A stretch of 64,000 nt of DNA from Squalus acanthias. Lineage: Eukaryota. The number at the start of each line of letters is the position of its first letter. Position 1 is the stretch's first letter. Below, piece by piece: positions 52,621-64,000 of this stretch. The notes below the pieces were generated by a model. The model made no database searches. It was not told where the DNA came from and saw only the letters and a program-made list of their open reading frames with translations. The stretch is taken from contig CM059431.1 in NCBI GenBank assembly GCA_030390025.1, positions 138,882,001-138,946,000 on the forward strand, in the 5' to 3' direction. A program made the translations under genes and the position numbers.

Positions 52621-53077
52621 TAATAACGTAACAGTGGATCTTCAGCACATTGCCTCTCTCGTTGATCAACCAATCCCTTTTTCCATTGCTGCAGAAGGGA
52701 AGCACCACTGACAGTTTCAGAGATTGATCCCCTAAACCTCTAAAGTCGTATAAACAATATCATGTGTGGATTTATAATGGAATTCTGTAGCACAGGGCAA
52801 GCCGGATAGTGTTAACCATCGGGGAAAATATGACTTTCATAGAAATCTCCTTGTTCAGTGAATAATAGAATTAAGTGAGGATTTGAAACGTTTCCCGGCC
52901 ACTGTTCACGTTCAAGCGAGGTTTCCATTAACTGAGTTTTAATTTATACACACACCTCTATTGAATCTGGGAATTAAATCTTGCAACATTGTATTGAAGA
53001 GTGAAATGGTACTGATAAGTTGTTTTTTGTCAGTACAACTAACATTAAGACTTTTTTTCTGCCTGTTAAAATTGAAG

Positions 53078-54815
53078 ATGTTCAACAGAAACACAGGGAA
53101 ACACTCCGGGTACAAACTGAAACACTGAGAGTGAACACTATCCTAATAAAGGAGAAGGTTAAAATTTTCCAGCTGGTTGATCGATACGCTGAGCTAACGG
53201 TCATTTCTACTGTTCGAGATCGGACACTTGTAGAACATGAACTGCTGGCAAGAGGCCGAGACCATGAACAGTGGAGAGCGAAACATCTCTGGAGAGAGCT
53301 GGAAAAAATCCGAACTGATCAATTGTTCCAGAGCAGTTTTTCCCATAGAAAATCCAAATCTGGGAGTTCAGGAGCAGTGAGCGGAGTCCCGGGGATTGGA
53401 AAAACAACAATGGTACAAAAGATTGTTCATGACTGGGCCACTGGGAAAATATACCCACACTTTCAATTTGTTTTCAGCTTTAAATTCCGGGATTTGAACG
53501 CTATTAACTGTAGAATAAATCTGAGGAATCTGATCCTGGATCTGTATCCTTACTTTGGGAATATTCTGGGAGAGCTCTGGAAGAACCCAGAGGGATTGCT
53601 GTTTATATTCGATGGTTTGGATGAATTCAAAGACAAGATCGATTTTGCTGACAATCGCAGAAATATAGAACCTCAGCACATGTGCACAGATCCCGAAGAC
53701 TGGTGTGAAGTGTCTGACATTGTGTACAGTTTAATACAGCACAAGCTGCTCCCAGGATGTTCAGTGCTAGTGACCAGCCGCCCCACTGCATTGCATTTAT
53801 TGGAAAAGGCTGAGATCAGTATCTGGGCTGAAATCTTGGGATTTGTTGGTGAAGATCGGAAGGAATATTTTAACAAATTTTTTGAAGATCAGACGGTGGC
53901 AGCAGCTGTTTCCAAACACGTGGAGGAGAACGAGATCCTGTACACCATGTGCTACAACCCTTCCTACTGCTGGATCCTCGGCCTCTCACTGGGCCCCTTC
54001 TTTACACAAAAAGACAGGAATCAGCAGCGAGTTCCCAAGACCATCACCCAACTATATTCCTATTATATTTACAATATTCTGAAAAACCATGGCCGAGAGA
54101 TTGAAAGTCCCCGTGATGTGTTACTGAAGATTGGGGACATGGCCTTCACAGGAGTCTCAGAGAAAAAGATTGTGTTTAGAAATGGAGATTTGATCAAGTA
54201 CAATCTGCAACCTTCCCAGTTCCTGTCTGGGTTCATGATGGAACTTTTGGAGAGAGATGATTCTGCCCAGAGCATGGTATACACATTCCCGCACCTCACC
54301 ATCCAAGAGTTTGTATCCGCACTCGCTAAATTCCTGACTCCAGATCCCGGGGACATCCGGAAACTCCTCAGAGAATCCCACAGCAAGGAAGATGGGCGAT
54401 TTGAGATATTTCTCCGTTTTGTTGCTGGTCTCTCCTCCCCACAGGCAGCTCGGCCCCTGGAGGAGTTTTTGGGTCCATTTCTTCATCAAACTACCTGCCG
54501 AGTGATTGATTGGGTGAAGGAGAATGTTGAAGGACAGATTGGAAAATCAGAGAGTAAAACTGCTAAAAGGAACCTCCTGAACACATTCCACTACTTGTTT
54601 GAGTCTCAGAATAAAGCACTGGCTCGGAAAACAGTCGGATCGGTGGAATCACTTACATTTAGTGAATTGACATTGACCCCAATTGATTGTGCGGTCCTGT
54701 CTCATGTTATTGGACTCTGTGATACAATAAAAGAACTCGATCTAGAGTTCTGCTCCATTCAGTGTGAAGGACTCCGGAGGCTGGGACCAGTACTGCACAA
54801 ATGCAGAGTGTTGAG
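53078..54815 (+). CDS. NLR coding exon 5: NACHT NTPase, winged helix/HD2 and first LRR (NLRC3/NLRP-like fish-type NLR)
   Basis: Walker A GVPGIGKT, FSFKFRDLN, Walker B LLFIFDGLDE, sensor VLVTSRP, FPHLTIQEF, FLRFVAGL, LFESQN, LRR start IKELDLEFCSI. Acceptor TTGAAG (53077); phase-2 donor AG/GTAAC. Confidence 0.95.
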
Positions 54816-55316
54816 GTAACTGTTTATATGTCTCTGACTGTTGGGCGAATTGTAGAGCAGTCACGGATTGTGCTGTTGCTCCGTAATGAAGGGAAACAAG
54901 CAGTTCAGTTAAACCAGAGAGAAGCAGATTCAACACAAATATGACCAATAATAAGAGGATCGGTTAGTAATTCCCTATGGACTGGAGAATCTAAAATGGA
55001 TTTTGCAGTCTTTTGCAGATCACCAAATACAGGCCACTGAGAGTCTGATAATTAATTACAATATATCATAATTAATAAGGCAGGACAGCGGAATGTAAAC
55101 ATAAAATGAAGATAAAATTAATTTAAAATATTTTCCACAACCACCATTTCAACTGGAAACAGGACAGAAACCCAAGTTTAAATCACTAACAGTTCGATAT
55201 TTACTCCAGTACCGTGCAGGGTGTGTTTTGTTGAGGGGGATGTTTCCTGGATTGGGAATATTAGAAAATCGGGAATTCTTTCATGTGTAAATGTTTTCAA
55301 TTATAAAAAGTCCTGA

Positions 55317-58300
55317 ACATAGATACATAGATACATAGAAGATAGGAGCAGGAGTAGGCCATCCGGCCCTTCGAGCCTGCTCCGCCATTTAATGAGATCA
55401 TGGCTGATCCTTCAATTCAGTATCCCGTCCCCGCCTTCTCTCCGTAACCCTTAACCCCTTTTGCCTGTAGAAATATATCTAATTCCCTCTTAAATATATT
55501 TAATGAGCTGGCGTACACTGCCCTCTGTGGCAATGAGTTCCACAGGTTCACCACTCTCTGAGTGAAGAAATTCCCCCTCATTTCTGTCCTAAATGGTTTA
55601 GCCCTTATCCTTAAATTATGTCCTCTAGTTCTGTTCTCACCCGCCAAGGGAAACATTCCTTCTGCATCTAATCTGTCTAGACCTGTCAGAATTTTATACA
55701 CTTCTATGAGGTCCCCTCTCAATCTTCTAAACTCCAGTGTGTACATCCCTAAACTACATAGTCTCTCCTCATAGGTCAATCCCGCCATTCCTGGTATCAG
55801 CCTGGTGAATCGCCGCTGCACCCCCTCCATGGCAAGAACATCTTTCCTCAGATGAGGCGACCAAAACTGTACACAGTACTCGAGGTGTGGTCTCACCAGT
55901 GCCCTGTACAGCTGCAGCAAGGTATCCCTGTTCCTGTATTCCAACCCTTTTGCTATGAAGGCCAGCATACCGTTTGCCTTCTTGACCGCCTGTTGCACCT
56001 GCATGCTCGCCTTCAGTGACTGGTGTACAAGAACACCCAGGTCTCTCTGTACTTCCCCCTCTCCCAATTTATTGCCATTTAAATAATAATTTGCCCTCCC
56101 GTTCCTGCACCCAAGGTGGATAACTTCGCACTTGTCCACATTATAGTGCATCTGCCATTTATCCGCCCAATCACCCAGTCTGTCCAAATCGCTCTGGAGC
56201 TTCCTGGTCTCCTCCTCTGAGCCCACCCCCCCTCCTAGTTTAGTGTCGTCTGCAAATTTGGAAATGCTGCATTCGACTCCCTGATCCAGGTCATTAATAT
56301 AAATTGTGAACAGCTGGGGACCCAGGACAGATCCCTGTGGTACCCCACTTGTTACTGCCTGCCATTCAGAAAATGAGCCGTTTATTCCAACTCTCTGTTT
56401 TCTATCTGACAGCCAGTTCTCTATCCACGTCAATACTTTCCCCTTTATCCCATGAGCTTCAATTTTCCATGCTAATCTTTTATGTGGGACCTTATCGAAG
56501 GCCTTTTGGAAGTCCAGGTACACCACATCTACTGGCTCTCCCCCATCTATTTTACCAGTTACTCCCTCAAAAAATTCCAATAGATTAGTCAAGCACGATT
56601 TACCCTTTGTAAATCCATGTTGACTCTGTCCTATCCTGTCCCCATTTGCTAAGTGCTCGGCTATTTCATCCTTAATGATGGACTCCAGCATTTTGCCCAC
56701 AACTGATGTAAGGCTTACAGGTCTGTAATTACCTGCTTTTTCCCTACCCCCCTTTTTGAATAGTGGGGTAACGTTAGCTACCCTCCAATCCATGGGCACT
56801 GTTCCCGAGTCTAATGAATTCTGAAAAATCATGCTTAGTGCATCCGCTATCTCTAGGGCCACCTCCTTCAGTACCCTAGGATGCATGTTATCAGGCCCTG
56901 GGGATTTGTCCGCCTTCAATCCCTTTAGCTTCCTTAACACCATATCCTTAGAGATATTGATTTGCGTCAGTTCCTCCTTTGCCAATGTCCCTATTTTTCC
57001 CGATATCCCAGGGAGGTTTTTTGTGTCTTCCTTCGTAAAGACTGACCCAAAGTATGCATTTAGTTGGTCTGCCATTTCCTTATTTCCCATTATATATTCC
57101 CCCGTATCTGACTGCAATGGACCAACTTTGGTTTTCACCAGTCTTTTCCTCTTGATATACTTATAAAAGCTTTTGGAGTTAGTTTTTATATTTTCCGCCA
57201 GCTTGCTTTCGTAAGCTATTTTGCCCTTCTTGATTAAGCCCTTTGCCCTCCTTTGCTCTATCTTAAACTGTTCCCAATCTTCCGCTCTGGCGCGTTTTTT
57301 GGCTATTTTATACGCCCTATCTTTGGATTTTATGCTGTCTCTAATTTCCCCTGTTATCCACGGTTGAGTCACCTTTTTAGATTTCCTTTTATGCCAGATT
57401 GGTATAAACAATTTTTGCAATTTTGTCATTCTATCTTTAAATGCTTGCCATTGTTTATCTACCTCCAGTCCTCCCAGGAACGTTGTCCAATCAGACCTAC
57501 TCAGTTCCCGTCTAATGGCATCATAATTCCCCTTGTTTAAATTCAGGACCTGAGTCTCTGAGTCAATTTCTTCGCTCTCCATTTCGAGTGAGAAATCGAT
57601 CATGTTATGATCGCTCTGACCCAAGGGTCCCCGTACAACAAGATTACTAATTAGTCCCTTCTCATTGCACAGTACCCAGTCCAATATAGCCTGTTCCCGA
57701 GTTGGTTCCTCGACATATTGATCCAGATAACCATCCCTTAAACACTCAAGGAATTCCTCCTCCTCATTATTTTTACTGATTAGGCTAGTCCAATCTATAT
57801 GTAAGTTAAAGTCACCTATGATGACAGCTGTGCTCTTATTGCACGCTTCTCTAATTTCCCTCGTGATGCCCTCCCCAACCTCTATTTTACTATTTGGAGG
57901 CCTATATACCACTCCTATTAATGTTTTTCGCCCCTCGCTATTTCTTAGCTCCACCCATATAGATTCTGTATTAACTGAGTTAATATCCTTCCTTTCAATT
58001 GCATTTATCCCCTCTTTTACCAGCAATGCTACCCCTCCTCCCTTTCTTTTTTGTCGATCCTTCCTAAATACTGAATACCCCTGTATGTTAAGCTCCCAGC
58101 CCTGCTCACCCTGCAACCATGTTTCCGTAATCCCAATTAGATCATAATTATTAACCTCTATTTCCACAGCTAATTCATCTACCTTGTTCCTGATGCTTCT
58201 CGCATTAAGGTATAAAACCCTCAGGCTTTTTTTATGCTCACATTTTTTATGAATTAGTTTGGCCCTTTGTTTTTTGTTCCTCTCCTTTTTACCATTTATT

Positions 58301-58416
58301 TCTGTCTGCCTTTCACTTTCCTCTATTTCACTACATGGGTTTGTATTATTAGTCCGAACAATTTTTTGACTCCCTACCTTGTGGCATTTGTGTTTAACTG
58401 GGTAGATCTTAATCAA
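55317..58416 (-). mobile_element. Young CR1 LINE (ORF2 plus 3'UTR, no ORF1), antisense in NLR intron
   Basis: (CTATGTAT)n tail at ~55317-55343 on the minus strand, CR1 3'UTR, uninterrupted ORF2. The 5' boundary is approximate. Confidence 0.95.
55417..58416 (-). CDS. CR1 ORF2: APE endonuclease plus reverse transcriptase, intact frame (999 aa)
   Basis: [65 protein letters not shown]. No stops; the listed start is non-ATG. Confidence 0.95.
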   Translation of the reverse strand: MIKIYPVKHKCHKVGSQKIVRTNNTNPCSEIEESERQTEINGKKERNKKQRAKLIHKKCEHKKSLRVLYLNARSIRNKVDELAVEIEVNNYDLIGITETWLQGEQGWELNIQGYSVFRKDRQKRKGGGVALLVKEGINAIERKDINSVNTESIWVELRNSEGRKTLIGVVYRPPNSKIEVGEGITREIREACNKSTAVIIGDFNLHIDWTSLISKNNEEEEFLECLRDGYLDQYVEEPTREQAILDWVLCNEKGLISNLVVRGPLGQSDHNMIDFSLEMESEEIDSETQVLNLNKGNYDAIRRELSRSDWTTFLGGLEVDKQWQAFKDRMTKLQKLFIPIWHKRKSKKVTQPWITGEIRDSIKSKDRAYKIAKKRARAEDWEQFKIEQRRAKGLIKKGKIAYESKLAENIKTNSKSFYKYIKRKRLVKTKVGPLQSDTGEYIMGNKEMADQLNAYFGSVFTKEDTKNLPGISGKIGTLAKEELTQINISKDMVLRKLKGLKADKSPGPDNMHPRVLKEVALEIADALSMIFQNSLDSGTVPMDWRVANVTPLFKKGGREKAGNYRPVSLTSVVGKMLESIIKDEIAEHLANGDRIGQSQHGFTKGKSCLTNLLEFFEGVTGKIDGGEPVDVVYLDFQKAFDKVPHKRLAWKIEAHGIKGKVLTWIENWLSDRKQRVGINGSFSEWQAVTSGVPQGSVLGPQLFTIYINDLDQGVECSISKFADDTKLGGGVGSEEETRKLQSDLDRLGDWADKWQMHYNVDKCEVIHLGCRNGRANYYLNGNKLGEGEVQRDLGVLVHQSLKASMQVQQAVKKANGMLAFIAKGLEYRNRDTLLQLYRALVRPHLEYCVQFWSPHLRKDVLAMEGVQRRFTRLIPGMAGLTYEERLCSLGMYTLEFRRLRGDLIEVYKILTGLDRLDAEGMFPLAGENRTRGHNLRIRAKPFRTEMRGNFFTQRVVNLWNSLPQRAVYASSLNIFKRELDIFLQAKGVKGYGEKAGTGY

Positions 58417-60074
58417 ACTTCTGATCTTACATAGGTCAAAGTCTTACTACATGGGTTACATATATCAAATACACTAGCATTACAAGTTGGAGAACTACCA
58501 GAGCGTGTGAAATAATACGAAACTAAGGGTGTGCTGATGTATTAAGCCCAATATTCCACCAGTGTTAGTCATCCTTTATGCTGTCAATTTCAATATTTAT
58601 TCTCGAGTTGTCTTGCTCCAAAAAATAAAAATGTTTTAGGGAGGAGTTCAGTCGCATCACAAGCTCACTGAAGCTCTCAGACAACAGGGAATGTCGTACC
58701 CGAATTGTGCCACATAATTGTGCAGCTCCTATTTAAGTATCTCATTTACTGTCAGTTTCACTTGAGCATAGGTTTTGATATTGAGTAAGACATGTTGGTT
58801 GATGGGACAGGTCCTGTTAGACACGTAAAGCATGGTAGTTGCGATAGTAGTGACACAGAAGGCACCACCAAAATCACCTCATACTGGATTCGTACTGGTT
58901 TTTCCAACGCTCTGTTACCTACAGAACACAATTATTACAGTCACAGTTACATTCAGTCTTACAATCATTTCAAGCGACATTAAAGTTTAACATCTAATCA
59001 ACAAGTCATTGACTTAAAAGATTCTCCAGATCTCTCTTTTATTCGTATCCATCTTGTGAATTATTCTTACTAAACATGATTTCTACTTAGCCCTCAATTG
59101 TCCCAATCCAGATTCCATATAACTCCCCTGTTCAACTTCAATTTCAATCCCTCTAACAGGTACCAGTGTGTTTAACTCTATTCTGATTATTTCATTAATT
59201 AGATAGTTTCTCGATGGAGTATGTGTCAATGCTTTAAAGGTTGTCTCGCTCTCCTGAGCCACATTAACCGTTTGATGTCTTGCTGTTATCAAGTAACTGA
59301 GCATGTCTGAGACCCGTTCTTAAGTGAAGATTCATCATACGTTCCCGGATGGTAATTGCCTCATACGTAAAGAATCACATTTGCACACTCATATAGGGAT
59401 CTCAATATCGTGCCGCACGTGCCATCCGATACAAGCCTTTCTCGAGCTTTCAGCTGATCTTATCAAAAGATTGTCTGGAGGTCTTTGTTCATCTTGCACT
59501 GCATGGTCCCGATGTCTTGGAAAATGGCCAGACTATCAAATTCAGTTTTCTTAAAAAGTTCATTATAGGCAGGGACACAAATGTCTCCAAGAGAAAGCTA
59601 ACAATTTACTATTCCTAACTACACTTTCCCGACTTTCACGAGAAAGTTTGGAAAATTCCCAATTGGTGGTGTAATTTTCCTGTTTCTATCTCACACCCTC
59701 AATCACTTCCTCTCTCCATTTTACACATCCCATTAATTACCATTCATATCTCATTCATGAGCCCTGGAGGAACTTTACTGTCCAGTACAATATTTAAGAT
59801 TGAAAACATAGATCAAACATTCTCACGTGGTGCAAATTATTAACACTTTTTTATTTATCATTATTTTAGAGGTAATTTTATTTTCCCAAAAGTAACCTAA
59901 TATATGGTGCCTGAGTCCATTTTGTTATTACAAAATTATCCCAAAATCCAAACAGCAGTACTGTTGAACTGACAGGTTTTGTCAATGTTCAATTTCATTT
60001 CTATCAATTTATCTTCCATTTCCAATTTCAGAAACAAGTGATTCCCAGGCTAGATGGCTTAAACAAAGTTTTAG

Positions 60075-60937
60075 TTGTAGGCTGCAAAGAGACATTGATA
60101 GGATGCAGAGCTGGGCCGAAAAATGGCAGATGGAATTTAACCCTGATAAGTGTGAGGTGATTCATTTTGGTAGGGCAAATGTGAATAAGGATTACAGGGT
60201 CAACGGCAGGGTTCTGAGGAACGTGGAGGAGCAGAGGGATCTGGGGGTTCATATCCACAGATCTCTGAAGGTTGCCACTCAAGTGGATAGAGCAGTAAAG
60301 AAGGCCTATGGTGTGTTGGCGTTTATTAACAGAGGGTTTGAGTTTAAGAACCGTGAGGTTATGCTGCAACTGTACAGGACCTTGGTGAGACCACATTTGG
60401 AATATTGTGTGCAGTTCTGGTCACCTCACTATAGGAAGGACGTGGAAGCATTGGAAAGAGTGCAAAGGAGATTTACCAGGATGCTGCCTGGTTTGGGGGG
60501 GAGGTCTTATGAGGAAAGATTGAGGGAGTTGGGGCTTTTCTCTTTAGAGCGGAGGAGGATGAGAGGCGACTTAATAGAGGTTTATAAGATGATGAGGGGG
60601 ATAGATAGAGTGGATGTCCAGAGACTATTTCCCCGGGTAGAGGCAGCTGTTACAAGGGGGCATAACTATAAGGTGCATGGGGGGAGATATAGAAGAGATG
60701 TCCGAGGTAGATTCTTTACTCAGAGAGTGGTTGGGGTGTGGAATGGACTGCCTGCTGTGATAGTGGAGTCGGACACTTTAGGAACTTTCAAGCGGTTATT
60801 GGATAAGCACATGGAGCACACCAGAGTGATAGGGAGTGTGATAGCTTGATCTTGGTCTCGGACAATGCTCGGCACAACATCGAGGGCCGAAGGGCCTGCA
60901 CTGTGCTGTACTGTTCTATGTTCTATGTTCTATGTTT
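60075..60937 (+). mobile_element. CR1 3' fragment (different subfamily)
   Basis: Open 248-aa frame WAEKWQMEFNPDKCEV..LVRPHLEYCVQFWSP..FFTQRVV; (TCTATGT)n tail. Confidence 0.94.
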
Positions 60938-62212
60938 AGAGACAGAAGTGTTGCAATTAGTTTACAAGGAAACTTCCATATAACGAAAGAAGAGAATCCA
61001 TTGTGACTCTGCTTAGAGCCCGAGGGATTAATTTATCAAATCATAATTTTCCTTCTGTCACTGTCTGGAAATATTAACTTAAAATTAAGAAACTGAAATG
61101 TAATAATGTCCAATGTCTTTAAATTACACACTAAATTTGTTGCGTGTTGAAATTAAACAGCTGTCATTTGAAAGGGTTAACTCCTTTGCAGGTTTTTAAG
61201 AAGGTAGAGTGAAACATTGTCAGGCGCACGCAATTGCGTCACTTCACGTAAATTTAAAAAAACTTTCCCGATCAAAAAAGACAGTTGTGTTTTCACACTT
61301 TAACTGAACACGAACAGAACAGATAAAAGAAAACAAAATAGCACATGCTTGCAGAAAAGAGTAAATTATGTCATATTTCTTACTGTCCTTTCTTCAGAAG
61401 CCTTTCCAAAATACTGTAAAAACATTGAATATAACTGGAGAAAAATGAGTTTTTCACATTTAAACAAATCAAATCAAACTGCTTTGGAAAATTTCACCAT
61501 AGCAACTGCGACACCAAGGTTCAATCTTAGACTGAAACTTAATCTTTTGTTAAACAAACTTTTAGTTGTTCTCAGTTTTTTCACACCAGCTTAACTTAAA
61601 TTGTAGTTCAAAGTATTTTTTTCCAATTCTTGGGGCACAATCTTACTCGCACATTCTTAAAACTTCCAAATTCTAAGACAAGACAAAAGTTTTAAACACT
61701 TTTAACACAGAGAAGTGGGTGGAGCTAAAACACACATAATAGAATCTTTCTTTTAAAGATAGACTTTTCAGACAAAAGTACTACTGTAACTTCTTAAACA
61801 TTCAGTCAGGAAAACTGTCACACTTTAACACACATTTTCATACAAACTGAAACTCCAGCATTCCTTAACGTTCCTTTCACTCAGCAAATCTTGCGTTTTA
61901 TTTGTTTCGGCCCAGACGGTAATAACTTCCATATCGGTAAAACTTTACATTTCTCTTTTTTTCCCTCACTATCTCCCCTCTCTCTCCTGCACTTTATGCT
62001 TTACTTTCTTCAGGCTATCTATCAAATGTTCCCGGAGATGTGCCAACGCCATTGTATTTCTAGTTTTACCTTTCAACACGCACTTTACCGCTTCCTTCCT
62101 TAAGTTAGAATAAAAACTATACTCAGTCTAAGCAACGATCACGTGCATTTGACCGAGTCTCTCCGGTCCATCCGGTCCCCTCGACCGGAACCTTACAACT
62201 CCTAACTCTGTG

Positions 62213-62230
62213 ATCCCACTTCTGACAATA
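62213..62230 (-). other. Primer-binding site (tRNA-Leu-like) of an LTR element
   Basis: Minus strand TATTGTCAGAAGTGGGAT versus the tRNA-Leu PBS TGGTGTCAGAAGTGGGAT (16/18), 1 nt after a ..CATACA end. Confidence 0.6.
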
Positions 62231-62231
62231 C

Positions 62232-63045
62232 TGTATGATTAGGATCATTGGCCACACACAGATTACACAAGGGGTTTTAGCAGTTGCAAGGCTTTTATTA
62301 AGGAGCTGCACTTTTAAAGCATAATCAGATATTACATATGGTTTAAGCGGAGTATAATAGACATACAACCCGTGACAGTAGAGAGCGATCTTCGACTCCC
62401 GAATCGGAATGCCATGATCGGACGGAAGGGGAGGCAGTATGGTGGTCTCGGATTGGGTGGATTCCTGCAGTCTGCTGCAGCGGTCACTTCCGTTGGCTCA
62501 TCTCTCAAGCTGTTGGAGGTGTTAGGCCATCAGCCAACTCAGAGGCTAAAGTTGACCAAGGTGTTAGGCCGTAGCAACCTCGGGGAAGCCTTCGCCCCCA
62601 ACTGCCTGATTTCCTCTCTCGGTTTTCCATATTTATAGTTATTTCGGTGGGCTGGTAATCACCTGGTGTCAATCATTTGATCCCCCATTCTATTTCCCAA
62701 TTTTGAAGCGGAAAGGCATCCCTCGCCGTCCCTTTCTGCATGACTAGAGAGGCCTCCCTCTTATCTTTCTGAGGAATGTTTTGTTATGTTTCTTTAAGGG
62801 CATTTTATGACAGTTCGGCTGCATCTTTGTCTATATCCCACCAGCCTGTGTTGTTTTGCATTTTACGATTCCCTTATCACTTCTGTTTGTCTTTTGATGC
62901 TTGATATTCGACCCTGCTATCTGTTCCCGGCTGCATGTTGTCAGTCTCAGCTCTAAGAATTAAAACCCATCTTTGAATCTAACAGCTATTTCTTAAATCA
63001 TTACTTGACAGCTGGAAATTTGCTGTAGAAGCTCTCATCTCATAG
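62232..63045 (-). mobile_element. Putative 5' LTR of a Gypsy/ERV-type element (right boundary uncertain)
   Basis: On the minus strand: CTATAAAT (~62631-62638), then AATAAAAGC (~62291-62299), then a CA end at 62232 followed by the PBS. Confidence 0.5.
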
Positions 63046-63249
63046 CTGTTCACTTTCCAAGCTCAGAATCTGTTGCTTACAGCATTTGGAAGACAGATTG
63101 AGCCTTATGCAGGTGTAAGTGTGTGGAGCAAACTCTCTATCCATTGTCCCCTCAATGGAACAACCTCACTCACCATTAACAAATTACTTCTGTCATCTCA
63201 AGTTCACTTGCCATCTATTACATCAGCATGGGTACGGTTTACACTGTCT

Positions 63250-64000
63250 CACCTTGGGCATCAGAGGCCCACCAAGATCAGCCCCAACACCTGCAGCACC
63301 TGTCACACCAGCAGCACCAACAACAACACCAACCTGTTCCGCAACTCCTGATGCTGCACAGCACAGAGGGCATCAACACCAGTCCACATTGCTGACCGGG
63401 ACACCAGAGATGGCCTCAGCATGGCCAGATTTACTTCACTTGACGCTGCACGCCCTGGATGCCACATGGTGCGCCAGGTTGCCACCAGCCCACACCAACA
63501 ACATAAATCATCCCTAATATGCCCAAACCATTCCTGTCACACTCATCAGCATTGCGGGGGTTACCGTTATGTCTCACCATTAACTGCAACTAACTAAGCC
63601 ACATCCAAAGGTGCACACAAATCTGTCGAAGAACGGAAAGTGGTGATAAAGTGTTCAATGTTTGACACCACATTAACAGAAACTTCACATGAACATTGGC
63701 TAAAACACACAATCGCTTAACCTTGTGTGTTAGCTGGTACGATTAAACTAGGATGAGTGTGAGGGGTGGCTAGTGAGATGGGGATGTGATAATATAGATA
63801 GAGACGGATGGGTGGAGGTGCAAGGTAAGTTGGTGTGAGTAAGGATGTACAGGAGTAGGGTTGGGAAGGCAAGTGTGTTGAGGTTGTGATGAGTGGCACA
63901 GCAGGATGAGGTTCAGGGTGGCCTTGCAGTAATGTTTCGTGATCTACTCAGATCATAAAAATGTTTGCGCCACTGCAGCCTGATCCTCTTTACGACATTC
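63250..64000. mobile_element. Possible PIF/Harbinger remnant
   Basis: + strand ADRDTRDGLSMARF resembles Harbinger transposase C-termini. The convergent - strand KRIRLQWRKHFYDLSRS resembles a Myb/SANT helix. Confidence 0.3.

Noticed and set aside
53020..53077. ORF-track N-terminus MFFVSTT.. of the NACHT ORF, and 41788-41997 of the 152-aa ORF
   Set aside because: Non-ATG or intronic extensions upstream of clear splice acceptors.
54816..64000. Downstream LRR or B30.2 exons of the NLR
   Set aside because: I found no LxxLxLxxNxL-type phase-2 exon by eye. They are probably outside the window, so no specific NLR gene symbol is assigned.

Overview
Vertebrate genomic DNA, most likely from a cartilaginous fish (shark/ray). 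This is inferred from the Deu-type SINE, several CR1 subfamilies and the NLR type. The only host gene I can support is a + strand NLR innate-immune receptor. Five in-phase GT-AG coding exons (35899-54815) encode a spliced CARD-like N-terminus that the ORF track mostly misses, followed by a NACHT exon; the LRR exons presumably lie beyond the window. About half the window is minisatellite from four families (39, 21, 51 and 86 bp units) with higher-order block duplications. Most of the rest is nested retroelements: many CR1 copies (one with an intact 999-aa ORF2), L2 and Deu-SINE fragments, and a decayed single-ORF LINE with a tRNA-derived Pol III head. A Penelope-like element is inserted in that head; it forms a palindrome with 753-bp arms and carries two hammerhead ribozymes. 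An LTR/PBS remnant lies near the right end. Nearly all ORFs in the supplied track are artefacts of tandem repeats. All identifications were made by eye; no database search was run, and repeat boundaries are approximate.
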